Source: a virus. From it: a stretch of DNA of 64,000 bases. Both the position numbers and the translations under genes were made by a program. The DNA lies in IMG/VR virus record IMGVR_UViG_3300009128_000002; one strand, given 5' to 3'. Shown here piece after piece: positions 26,084-36,256 of this stretch. Each line of letters starts with the position of its first letter. Within the stretch, counting starts at the first letter, position 1. The notes under the pieces were generated by a model. The model was not told the DNA's origin. It saw only the letters and a list, made by a program, of their open reading frames with translations, and did not search any database.

Positions 26084-26371
26084 ATGCCAGGAGCAGTAAG
26101 GTTAAATGATGTTTGTACAGGTCATGGTTGTTATGGTAGTCGTGGAAACATTTCTGCTTCACCTAATGTGTTTGTAAATAGTCGTGGAGCACATAGAGTA
26201 GGTGATTCTTGGGATAGCCACGGTTGTGCTGTTTGTCCTGACCACGGTGGTTCTCAGGCTTCTGGTTCACCTAATGTGTTTGTAAATGGAATGCCACTTG
26301 CAAGGATTGGTGATTCTATTGATTGTGGTAGTACGAATTCATCGGGTTCGGGCGATGTTATTGTAAATTAA
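26084..26371 (+). CDS. gp5.4: PAAR-domain spike tip gp5.4
   Basis: MPGAVRL.D.CTGHGC, SPNVFVN repeats, RIGD.IDCG. Confidence 0.95.
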   Translation: MPGAVRLNDVCTGHGCYGSRGNISASPNVFVNSRGAHRVGDSWDSHGCAVCPDHGGSQASGSPNVFVNGMPLARIGDSIDCGSTNSSGSGDVIVN

Positions 26372-26381
26372 TTTACTTAAT

Positions 26382-26389
26382 TATAAATA
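26382..26389 (+). promoter_or_regulatory. T4-type late promoter
   Basis: TATAAATA upstream of gp25. Confidence 0.7.
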
Positions 26390-26415
26390 TAGTATATTAG
26401 GCAGGAAGTAATTTT

Positions 26416-26820
26416 ATGAAACCTTTACGTAGGGAAATAGTCAGGAAGTATAAAGATATTGATTTAGATATGATTGTACATCCACATACAAATGACATTG
26501 TTGGAAGATATGATGATGATGCATTGACTGGATCTATTATTAATATTATTAGAACACGTAAAGGTGAAAGGGTTTTCAACCCAGACTTTGGTTCTAATGT
26601 GTATAATTCATTGTTTGAACCATTTTCATCTACAACTAGAATTAGGTTAGAAAAACAAATTGAAAATGCTATTGTACAACATGAGCCAAGAATAACATTA
26701 AATAATGTAGAAATTAAAGCAGAAGAAGAAAGGAATGCATACCACGTTACGATTGCATATACACCAGTCACAACTGGTATTATGTTAGAAATTGAATTCT
26801 TCTTAAATAGATTAAGGTAA
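26416..26820 (+). CDS. gp25: baseplate wedge subunit gp25
   Basis: YKDIDL...HP.T.DI, T.KGER.F.PDFGS, LFEP, EPRI. Confidence 0.95.
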   Translation: MKPLRREIVRKYKDIDLDMIVHPHTNDIVGRYDDDALTGSIINIIRTRKGERVFNPDFGSNVYNSLFEPFSSTTRIRLEKQIENAIVQHEPRITLNNVEIKAEEERNAYHVTIAYTPVTTGIMLEIEFFLNRLR

Positions 26821-26825
26821 TTACT

Positions 26826-28577
26826 ATGAACGACACTAAACAATTAAATATTTCAGATTTAGAGTTTGATAAAATTAAAGGTAATATACGTGATTTCCTA
26901 AAGGGTCAGGACGACTTTACTGACTATGACTTTGAAGGTTCTGGTATGAGTGTTATGCTAGATGTTATGGCATACACAACTCATTATATGGGTTTCCATA
27001 CTAATATGGCAATCAATGAATCTTTCTTAGACACGGCAACACTGAGAAATTCAGTTGTTTCTCATGCGAAGGCATTAGGTTATGTACCCAAATCTGTTAC
27101 TGCCGCCGAAGCAATTATAAAACTAACATTTAACACAGATGGTTATAACCCATCGGTAATTACTATTGAAGCAGGTACTTCGTTTGTATCGACAATTAAT
27201 GGTAAGACACTAAATTTCATTAGTAAAGAAAATGTTAATGTTTTCCCTGATGAAGCTGGTGATTTTTATACAGAAATACGTGTTCATCAAGGTAAATTGA
27301 TGACTGTTGATTTTGGTACATATGGAGATAACACAACCAAACAATTTATTATTAAGGATAAAAGTTGCGATAGGGACACTATTACAATGGATGGTGGTTG
27401 GTATAATGACCAAAACTTGTCATCATTAACACCCACATCACAAACATTTTTTATACAAGAGGGTTTAGATGGTGTAACAGAGATTTATTTCGGTAATGGT
27501 ATTTTTGGTAAAATTCCAAATGATAGTGAAAATATTTCAGTTAAATACTTATCTACTGTTGGGTCCGAAGGTAACTATACATCATCGTTATACGATCAAG
27601 TATTTTCATTAGATACTACTATTGCAGGTGTGTATGATGAAAACAGGGTTATAATTGAAACTGTAAATATTTCATCTTTAGGTTCTAATGAAGAAAGTAC
27701 AGAAACTATTAAAATGACGGCTCCACGTGCATATGAAAGACAGGACAGAGCAGTAACAGCAGAAGATTATAAAACTATTCTTATTGAGAAATACCCTAAC
27801 ATTGATTCTATTTCAGTATGGGGTGGTGAAGATAACGATCCACCACAATATGGTGCTGTGTTTATTTCAATCAAACCAAAACACGGACTTGAGTTGTCCC
27901 CAATTACTAAAGATAAACTTACTAAAGATATTCTTTCTAAGTATAATATGTTGGCAATTAATCCAATTATTGTTGCACCTGAATACACATATTTAGATAT
28001 TGAAACTACAGTTAAATACAACCCATTAAATACATCTAAATCATCTGCATCTATTCAGAGTAAAATTATTGATGATATTAAATTATTTATTGAAAGTGAA
28101 ATATCACAATTTAAAGTTACATTACGTTATTCACAATTAATGAATACTATTGATTCTTCAGATCCATCTATTAGTAATAACCTTACAACTGTTAAGATGT
28201 ATAAGAAGTTTTATATTCAGGCATCTAATACGACAGGTAACTACATATTTAAGTTTAATAATTCTTTTAAGCCAGGTACTGCAGTATCCTCTGTATTTGG
28301 TAGTACATTAAATTCTACTCAATTTGCTTTACTTGATGATGGACAAGGTAATATATTACTTTATGATATTGTTTCTGAAAATTTCTTAAACACTACACAA
28401 GGTACTATTGATTATGATAAGGGTATTATTGAGTTAATTGGTTTTAATCCAACGGTTGATAATAATACAGTTATTAGTTTATATGGTACACCACAAAGTA
28501 ACGATATTATAGCACAACGTGATAACCTACTTGTACTAAATAATAGTAAAGTAACAATGGTTTCACTACAAGAATAA
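26826..28577 (+). CDS. gp6: baseplate wedge subunit gp6
   Basis: FTDYDFEGSG, NESFLDTATLRNSVVSHAK.LGY, Q.RAVTAEDY, VWGGED. Confidence 0.96.
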   Translation: MNDTKQLNISDLEFDKIKGNIRDFLKGQDDFTDYDFEGSGMSVMLDVMAYTTHYMGFHTNMAINESFLDTATLRNSVVSHAKALGYVPKSVTAAEAIIKLTFNTDGYNPSVITIEAGTSFVSTINGKTLNFISKENVNVFPDEAGDFYTEIRVHQGKLMTVDFGTYGDNTTKQFIIKDKSCDRDTITMDGGWYNDQNLSSLTPTSQTFFIQEGLDGVTEIYFGNGIFGKIPNDSENISVKYLSTVGSEGNYTSSLYDQVFSLDTTIAGVYDENRVIIETVNISSLGSNEESTETIKMTAPRAYERQDRAVTAEDYKTILIEKYPNIDSISVWGGEDNDPPQYGAVFISIKPKHGLELSPITKDKLTKDILSKYNMLAINPIIVAPEYTYLDIETTVKYNPLNTSKSSASIQSKIIDDIKLFIESEISQFKVTLRYSQLMNTIDSSDPSISNNLTTVKMYKKFYIQASNTTGNYIFKFNNSFKPGTAVSSVFGSTLNSTQFALLDDGQGNILLYDIVSENFLNTTQGTIDYDKGIIELIGFNPTVDNNTVISLYGTPQSNDIIAQRDNLLVLNNSKVTMVSLQE

Positions 28578-28592
28578 TTCTGGTAAAACAAT

Positions 28593-31500
28593 ATGTCAAA
28601 CGAAAAATTTTCACATAATCCAGCGAAGTTTTTATCAATTTTCGTTGACCGTATGGTGCCGGATTATGTCCGTGAAGACCACCCAATGTTTATCACATTC
28701 ATGCAAAAGTATTTTGAATACTTGGAGCGTGAAACAAGTGTAAATGGTGAATTAGGTGAATATACTCAAATAACAGACCTTATTGAAAATGTAGATATTG
28801 ACCATGCTTTGGATCAATTTATTCCAGAGTTTGAAAAACAATACTTATCAAGTACACCTACAACTGCTATTGACCCAACAGTTCCGACAACTGATAAAGC
28901 ATTTCTTACTAAAAATATTCAACCAACATATAGACAAAAGGGTACTGAGTCTGCATTAGACTTTATGTTTAGACGTGACTTTAATACAGAGGTTAAAGTC
29001 GCATATCCTAAAGAGTTTATGTGGAAGGCGTCTGGTTCAGATTGGTACGAACCACAATGGATAAATGTTGATGGTACTGCAACTAACACAAAGAAATTTT
29101 ATAATAAAAAGATCATAGGTCAAACATCAGGTGCAACAGCGTTTGTTGACATTGATGAAGGTATTTCTATTTCAGATTCCACAAAGTTACTATTAACAGA
29201 AGTTGATGGTTCTTTTATTCAAGGTGAAGAAATTCATGAAGATGTAGGTACATCTGGTAATGCACCAACTACTGCATTTATTACATCAGAAGGAATACGT
29301 TCTGATGGTGAGTGTTCTGTTAATGGTGGTAAATGGACAGATCAGTGGATTAATATTACTGGTCCACGACATGAAGTTAAACACGCAACAAATAATACTA
29401 TTGTTGGTGAAACTTCTGGTGCAACTGCCCACGTTGATGTGATGAATGTAAATTGGACTAGATTTAATATATCAGAAGTTCAAGGTGAATTTATTGAAGG
29501 TGAAAGAGTATATAATACATCTGCATTGAATTATAACCCCGACCCAGAAGGTAATCCATCATGGCTGCCAACTGAAAGTTTTTGTTCATCAAATAATGAG
29601 TGGCCATTAGGTACATTTCTAACTGAAAGAGAATGTACTAATGCCATGCATCCAGAAGCAGATGATCCAACTTCTGTTCATTATGGTGAATCGTCACATT
29701 TATTTTGGTTTCCTTTCCTTACTGTAACTAAAGGGGTACAAACTGTTGAAAATAGTTTTTTAGAAGTAGGAACAACACAACCAACTACACGTGAAGAATG
29801 TTTAAATTTATTAGATCAACCAAACGTAGACACTGCAGTTTGGGTGCCTAATGGTAGTTGGTTAGACTCTTCAGCGTTCTTATCTTCAGACCGTAAGTTA
29901 CAGGATAATGAATATTACCAAGATTATTCATATGTAATTAAGTCAGACGTTCCTATTCAATCTTACCGTGAAGTATTAAAGAAATTAGTTCACCCAGTAG
30001 GACTTAAATTATTTGCTGAATTTGCATTCCAATCGTCAGTAGATATGACGGTTGAAATTCCAACGGATTATGTTAAGTTACAAATTTTCTTATTCTCTTA
30101 TCTTGATGTTGCAATGGATATATGGGATAATGAATCGGAACAGCATGGTACACTTGGACACGCACATGAAGGATTTGGTGTTTATTTAGATAAAGGTTTT
30201 GAAGAATATGTAATCGAAATGATGTCTGCCTTAGAAGCCAGTGGACAATTAATTCCAGCAGAAGATTGGGATAAACCTTCAGATCACTTATCAGTAAACC
30301 TTGAGATTGATGGTGGTATTATTGGTACAACAGTTAGGGAGAAATTGTACACAGTTTCTTGGATGAATGATGATATCCAAAACCAATTGATTGCATTCCC
30401 AGAAACTACAATGCTCGAGTTTACTAAACAACTTAAAGTATTACCTATTGATGAATTCCCACCTGCAACACAGGAATTAGAGATTGTAGATAGTTTAGAT
30501 TCAACTACAGATGGTCGAATGATTAGTTGTGACCTTTGGGAACTTGGTGTATTTAAATCAATGCGTAAGGTATTGGAGTTTATTGACTCTTTCATGCCAG
30601 AGGCAGAATATGCACCTGAAAAATCATATGCTTATTTTGAAGCAAATAGAGAATCTGGAAGAATACAAAACATTTATGGTAAAACAAATGATGTAATTGA
30701 TTCAGTACATATTGGTGCATTTGATGAAGAAGTTGGTAATAGAATTCACTCACACGGTAGAGAAGATGGTTTCGCTCCGTTAGTAGAAACTGTAATTACA
30801 AAAGGTTTAGAACTACCTGTTATGGATGTTGGTGCATCTGCATTCCACGTACATTATTTTAATGGTGAAGAAATTAAAAACTTTACAAGACATGGAAAAC
30901 CAGTAACTGCTCGTGGTATGAACCACAACGAGGCAAGAAGACTAATTGACAGAGATTACTTTGAAATTCCTCATATGCACGGTGCTAACCTTGTATGTGG
31001 TGGTATTATGACTCCGCCTTTATGGGGTGACTGGGTAGATTCACAACAAGACCCACGTTATAATGGTATGGGAGAATGTTTTAATTCTCAATACGATAAT
31101 CCTACAGATTGTATTTCGTCATACGGTGGAAACCCTATGTTCTGGATGCCTCCTATGTGTTCTAATATGAGTAATATGGATCAATCTGTTTGTGAAGATA
31201 TGGGCGATACTTGGGTGGCAAATCCACCTTCTGCTTGTTCGGACGGAACATCACCTGACCATATGCAATGTGAGGCTGCTGGTGGAACTTGGACTTGGGA
31301 AACACCTAGTTATTGTACTTCATCTGAAGCGTCGTGTAATGCAGTTGGCCATTCATGGGGTTACTTCACATTAGAATCGTTACCTCCAATGAAAGGACAC
31401 GTTTCATATTTCGTTAAAGGTGAATTAGTAGACAGACAACGTGGACGATTTGCCGACCCACTTACACGTGAACAAGCAAGACAACTTATTGACGGTGATG

Positions 31501-34500
31501 TTGCTTCGGTTACTCTTTATGATAATGTTGGTTATTTAGACGATGAAGGTCACGTATTTACAGACGAACAAGATATTACTATTGGTGGTACTATTACTAA
31601 CATTCGTGGTGAAATTACAAGTGGTCACTATCACGAATATGAAGTAACTTACGACCCCGATTGGAAAGAACACACAGATTGGCAGAACAATCCACTAACA
31701 CACGGTTTTGTTTACACACCAATAACTACTTGGTTATGTTTTAACTATGACCCATCATTACCAGTAGATCCTACTGTTATGGGTGGTATGGATTTCTTAG
31801 GAAACCCTTGGCCACAGAACGTATTTATGGATGTGCCTGATTCTTATGTTGGTGGTTTCTTAATGAACCCAGATATTACATTACAACATAATCAAGTTTG
31901 GCCAGAGGTTTTAAATCCTAATGTGGACTTTGTTGAAATATATTCATCAAATCATATTGCTCAAGTGCCTGGAGTTGGTGCAACTGGTGATTTAATTGGT
32001 GTTGATTCTTTAGGTACTGATACTGATATTGTGGTTGTAGAAGCATTTCCTTCTTCAGTACAAACAGACACGGTTGCTATTGTTGACCAATCTGGTATCA
32101 TTAAGTTAATGAATGAGAATGATGGTACTAAGACTACCTTTATGGATCTTACTTCATTGCAACATACTATTGGTTTAGGTCCGTTTGCGAACTATGACGA
32201 ACGTGGTGTTCTTGGTTTATGTTTCCACCCTCAATTTGATACAAATGGTAAATTTTACGTTTATTACATGACTGAACAAGGTGGTGGTACAGGCGCTTGG
32301 GGCTTCCCATTATCGACTACTGTTATATCAGAGTTTGTTACTGATGCAGATAAACTTACTTGTACAGATTTATCTACTGAAAGAAACTTATTTACTATTC
32401 CACAACCAGACTTTAATCATAATGGTGGTGAACTAGTATTCGGACCAGACGGTATGTTGTATATCGGACTTGGTGATGGTGGTTCTGCAGGTGATACTTC
32501 TTCAATGGAAGGTCATGGTGGACACGGTGTTTATGGTAATGCACAAAACCCTACAAATTTATTAGGTACTATTTTAAGAGTAGATGTTACAGAAGATACT
32601 GTTAATAGTATGCCGTACACTATTCCTTCTGATAACCCATTTATCAATTCAATTTATAAAGAAGGTCAACCAGAAGCAACTTCATTTAGACCTGAAATTT
32701 ATGCTTATGGATTTAGAAATCCGTGGAGATTCTCATTTGCTCAAGATGGCAAGTTGTGGTGTGCTGATGTTGGACAAGACAAGTTTGAAGAAATCAACAT
32801 TGTAGAAGCAGGTGGAAACTACGGTTGGAGAGTAATGGAAGCATACCACGAGTATGAAGAAGACCAAACAATCATCGACCAAATTGCCATTGATTTAGGA
32901 CACACAAATACATTTGATTACTTAACAAGTTTAAAAGAACCTATTCACGAATATTCACACGGAACTGGTATATCTATATTGGGTGGATTTGTTTATAAAG
33001 GGTCTATTACAGAATTACAAGGTAAATACATATTTGGTGATTGGTCAACCACTTGGACAGGTACAAGTGGTCATTTATACACATTAAGTGAAAATTTTGA
33101 TGGGAACTCTGCCCACTTTAATGTTCTACCGAATGCAATAAATGGGTCAACACATAGTCATACGGTTGACTTGACAGGAGCACACGTACAGTTTCTTAAA
33201 GATAACCCAGGCAGTCCTGTTGTACAAATACAATCAGATACAGTTCATTCAGAATTCTACCTCCATACATTTACTATTATTTGGAGTTCTGAAAATCAAG
33301 AGTTTGTTTTAATTGGTCAAACTAATCCTGAAGGACATGATGTATTAGAATTTGTAGAGTATGGAACTGATTTAACATATGACAGAACACCACTATCTAT
33401 TTGGGATCCGACTACTGAAATTGTTGATTTAACAACAATGGGCGAGTCTATTCTTACTATGGGTGAGACTAATGATGGTGAAATTATATTTACTACTAGA
33501 ACTGGTATTGATACTTTCCAAGGTTCTGGTGTAGGTAATACATCAATGTATAAAATTACAGATTCTTATAATTCTGAAGATATACCTACTGCAAATAACC
33601 AGATACCTTCAACAGAAACTGCTCATATACACGGTTACGAAGTAACGTATGACGAGGAGAATTTATTCCAGGCAGTTGAAGTTTCAGATATTGAAATGCA
33701 AAACTATGATGCATTCTGGCCAATTTGGTCTTGGAATGATCCTGCATCACATATTCATCCAGTAAACAGTGCTTGGAGTGGTGAAACAGATACACAAACA
33801 TTACTTGGTTCTTCTGCAGGTTGGTATTATAATGAAGACGAAGAACAGTGGATGCCATATGATATTGGTGCAGATACGCCTTGGGCACCACCAGTAGAAG
33901 AGGATACTTCATATACGTACATTGAAACTGCTCCATCTGTTGCTATTTTAGGTGCTAACGAGTATGGTGAAAATACACATATACATTACTTCGACTCGTC
34001 TGTATTAGATACTTATGGTACAAACCAAGGACGTCTATCAACACCATTAACTAGATTGCAGGCAGAAGAACTTGCAAACGGTGTTGTTAATGAAGTTACT
34101 ATTTATTCATCAATTAGTGATAGTGGTTCGCATTTACATTACCACGAGTTTAAGGTTTTATGGAATCCTGCAACACAACAATTCCTTGCACAAGAGGTTG
34201 GTGAGTATAGGGATCTTATGGGGACTGGTGAATGGACTATAATTTTAGATGAACAAAAGAACCACGAACACACATTAACTGTAAATGGTATCACTACTAA
34301 CCTTGGTTGGAATGGTACTCCGTTATTTACAGCACCTGATGTTACACTAGGTCTTGCCCACGATTGGGATAACCTTGAAGGTAATAAACCAGATCATTTA
34401 CATTCATTTAACGGTACAGATCTAGATACTATTGGTGTTAATGCAGGACGTATTTCTGAAGCACTGACAGATGAGCAAACAACAGACTTAATTAATGGTG

Positions 34501-36164
34501 ATGTTGAATCGGTTATGTTATATTCTTCAATTGCGAACGGTGATCATTATCATGGTATTAGAGTTACATATGATGATGTTGGTTTAGCATTTATTGCCGA
34601 AGATGTTGAACAGTGGGTATCAGAAGATGGTGCTCAATTTCAATCATTAACACCTAGAACACACGCACATACTACAGAAATATCGAATCAATTATCTATT
34701 AATGGTTTTAACCAAGAACTGAATAGTAACGATTTACCTGTATTTGCTTCGCCTGGTTACCCATACCCTGGCGGTACACACCCTCATTTCCACAACGGAA
34801 CTGTTGTTGGACCATTCGCTTGGAATAATGAAATTGATTATGCCGACGGTTTAAGTGTTCAAAACGCAATGGACTTGATTAATGGTGTTGTAGAAGAAGT
34901 TATTATTTACGATTCTATTGAGGGTGCTCACTTCCACGACTATACAGTTAAGTATGATGATGTTGAAAATAAATTCTATTGTACTAATTCAATAACTTGG
35001 ATTCGTGGTGGTATTGAAGATATTACACAAGATCCATTAAAATATTACGTATCTGTTGTACTAAACGTATCAGAAGGACTTCATTGGCATAACTTGACTA
35101 TTGAATGGAATCCAAACGACGAAACATTGCCTCAACAAACTGGCGGTGCTGTTTATGTGACTAGAGTTGTAACGACTCCAGAAGTATTAACGTCAGACCC
35201 ACAAACGTCTATTGATACTAGTTCTACCGAGTTGAATCCAATCGTAGAGACTCTTACTGATACACCAAATGTAGGAGACACCACTGAAATTACTAAGTTC
35301 TTAGATAACGTAACTACAACAACTACTGTTACTACAACGGTTGTTACTACTGTTACTACTGAAACTTACTATTCAGATGGTACTATGGAAACTGTTGTTG
35401 GTAACCCACAGACTACTACTGAACAAGATACTTCTTCTACAACAGAACAAGTTGAAGATATGGCAGAACGTCAAACTAGAATTAATGGTATATTACAATC
35501 AAACAATGCCCCTATAATTTGGATTCAAGGAACGTTTATTGACGGTGAAGGTACACATGACCACTTATTATACACAGGTTGTACTTTGGATACGGTTGGT
35601 CCATTCTCAGGTAGAATGTGTGAACCTATTACTGTTGGACAGGCAAATGAGTTGATTAATGCACAAGATGTGAATTATGGAATTATTTTCTACGATTCAC
35701 CAAATGGTGCGGATAGTCACTATCACGGATATACAATTAAGTTTAATCCATACATAGGAACAGATGGTGAGTTTGTAGTTGAACCATTAAACCAATATGA
35801 CCAAATACCAGGCACAGGAACTACTATACATAAGTTCTTATTGACTGGTGGTTTCCATGACCATGACTATTGGTTGAGTGTTGCAGAATACACACAACTT
35901 GTTACTGGATCTAACATAACGACTCAACAAAGGGATACAATTCACGCACATTTATATACACACGACGTTACAATTGGTTATTCTGGTGGTCAATATAATT
36001 TATTAAATCAAACTAATAACCTTGATGGTCATAACTTGATTTCATATGTTGGTTCATTAGCTAGTGGTGGACAATGGTCAATTAGTACACAAGGTTCTGG
36101 TCTTGGTGACCATATTCATACAACTATTGTTGATGAAACAAACGTGTGGCCAACAAGTATTTAA
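28593..36164 (+). CDS. gp7: giant gp7-like baseplate wedge protein with inserted glucose/sorbosone dehydrogenase-family propeller, His-pair modules and Cys repeats
   Basis: N-terminal gp7 motifs (P.YVRED.P.F..F...YF, KGT, LQD..YYQDYSYVIKS, HPVG); lies between gp6 and gp8; ERG.LG..FHP.F, NHNGG.L.FGPDG.LYIG.GDGG, G.RNPWR, GGNYGW. Confidence 0.88.
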   Translation: MSNEKFSHNPAKFLSIFVDRMVPDYVREDHPMFITFMQKYFEYLERETSVNGELGEYTQITDLIENVDIDHALDQFIPEFEKQYLSSTPTTAIDPTVPTTDKAFLTKNIQPTYRQKGTESALDFMFRRDFNTEVKVAYPKEFMWKASGSDWYEPQWINVDGTATNTKKFYNKKIIGQTSGATAFVDIDEGISISDSTKLLLTEVDGSFIQGEEIHEDVGTSGNAPTTAFITSEGIRSDGECSVNGGKWTDQWINITGPRHEVKHATNNTIVGETSGATAHVDVMNVNWTRFNISEVQGEFIEGERVYNTSALNYNPDPEGNPSWLPTESFCSSNNEWPLGTFLTERECTNAMHPEADDPTSVHYGESSHLFWFPFLTVTKGVQTVENSFLEVGTTQPTTREECLNLLDQPNVDTAVWVPNGSWLDSSAFLSSDRKLQDNEYYQDYSYVIKSDVPIQSYREVLKKLVHPVGLKLFAEFAFQSSVDMTVEIPTDYVKLQIFLFSYLDVAMDIWDNESEQHGTLGHAHEGFGVYLDKGFEEYVIEMMSALEASGQLIPAEDWDKPSDHLSVNLEIDGGIIGTTVREKLYTVSWMNDDIQNQLIAFPETTMLEFTKQLKVLPIDEFPPATQELEIVDSLDSTTDGRMISCDLWELGVFKSMRKVLEFIDSFMPEAEYAPEKSYAYFEANRESGRIQNIYGKTNDVIDSVHIGAFDEEVGNRIHSHGREDGFAPLVETVITKGLELPVMDVGASAFHVHYFNGEEIKNFTRHGKPVTARGMNHNEARRLIDRDYFEIPHMHGANLVCGGIMTPPLWGDWVDSQQDPRYNGMGECFNSQYDNPTDCISSYGGNPMFWMPPMCSNMSNMDQSVCEDMGDTWVANPPSACSDGTSPDHMQCEAAGGTWTWETPSYCTSSEASCNAVGHSWGYFTLESLPPMKGHVSYFVKGELVDRQRGRFADPLTREQARQLIDGDVASVTLYDNVGYLDDEGHVFTDEQDITIGGTITNIRGEITSGHYHEYEVTYDPDWKEHTDWQNNPLTHGFVYTPITTWLCFNYDPSLPVDPTVMGGMDFLGNPWPQNVFMDVPDSYVGGFLMNPDITLQHNQVWPEVLNPNVDFVEIYSSNHIAQVPGVGATGDLIGVDSLGTDTDIVVVEAFPSSVQTDTVAIVDQSGIIKLMNENDGTKTTFMDLTSLQHTIGLGPFANYDERGVLGLCFHPQFDTNGKFYVYYMTEQGGGTGAWGFPLSTTVISEFVTDADKLTCTDLSTERNLFTIPQPDFNHNGGELVFGPDGMLYIGLGDGGSAGDTSSMEGHGGHGVYGNAQNPTNLLGTILRVDVTEDTVNSMPYTIPSDNPFINSIYKEGQPEATSFRPEIYAYGFRNPWRFSFAQDGKLWCADVGQDKFEEINIVEAGGNYGWRVMEAYHEYEEDQTIIDQIAIDLGHTNTFDYLTSLKEPIHEYSHGTGISILGGFVYKGSITELQGKYIFGDWSTTWTGTSGHLYTLSENFDGNSAHFNVLPNAINGSTHSHTVDLTGAHVQFLKDNPGSPVVQIQSDTVHSEFYLHTFTIIWSSENQEFVLIGQTNPEGHDVLEFVEYGTDLTYDRTPLSIWDPTTEIVDLTTMGESILTMGETNDGEIIFTTRTGIDTFQGSGVGNTSMYKITDSYNSEDIPTANNQIPSTETAHIHGYEVTYDEENLFQAVEVSDIEMQNYDAFWPIWSWNDPASHIHPVNSAWSGETDTQTLLGSSAGWYYNEDEEQWMPYDIGADTPWAPPVEEDTSYTYIETAPSVAILGANEYGENTHIHYFDSSVLDTYGTNQGRLSTPLTRLQAEELANGVVNEVTIYSSISDSGSHLHYHEFKVLWNPATQQFLAQEVGEYRDLMGTGEWTIILDEQKNHEHTLTVNGITTNLGWNGTPLFTAPDVTLGLAHDWDNLEGNKPDHLHSFNGTDLDTIGVNAGRISEALTDEQTTDLINGDVESVMLYSSIANGDHYHGIRVTYDDVGLAFIAEDVEQWVSEDGAQFQSLTPRTHAHTTEISNQLSINGFNQELNSNDLPVFASPGYPYPGGTHPHFHNGTVVGPFAWNNEIDYADGLSVQNAMDLINGVVEEVIIYDSIEGAHFHDYTVKYDDVENKFYCTNSITWIRGGIEDITQDPLKYYVSVVLNVSEGLHWHNLTIEWNPNDETLPQQTGGAVYVTRVVTTPEVLTSDPQTSIDTSSTELNPIVETLTDTPNVGDTTEITKFLDNVTTTTTVTTTVVTTVTTETYYSDGTMETVVGNPQTTTEQDTSSTTEQVEDMAERQTRINGILQSNNAPIIWIQGTFIDGEGTHDHLLYTGCTLDTVGPFSGRMCEPITVGQANELINAQDVNYGIIFYDSPNGADSHYHGYTIKFNPYIGTDGEFVVEPLNQYDQIPGTGTTIHKFLLTGGFHDHDYWLSVAEYTQLVTGSNITTQQRDTIHAHLYTHDVTIGYSGGQYNLLNQTNNLDGHNLISYVGSLASGGQWSISTQGSGLGDHIHTTIVDETNVWPTSI

Positions 36165-36177
36165 TAGGTGGTTTTAT

Positions 36178-36198
36178 TATAAATAAGTCGTATAAATA
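36178..36198 (+). promoter_or_regulatory. tandem T4-type late promoters
   Basis: TATAAATA at 36178-36185 and 36191-36198. Confidence 0.75.
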
Positions 36199-36256
36199 GT
36201 TTCAGTTTTATAAGAAACATTAAATAAATTAAGATTAATTTTTAGGAGTAAAGAAA

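Noticed and set aside
26159-26288. Direct repeat TCACCTAATGTGTTTGTAAAT as a CRISPR-like or mobile repeat
   Set aside because: Encodes the internal SPNVFVN repeat of the PAAR fold; only two copies.
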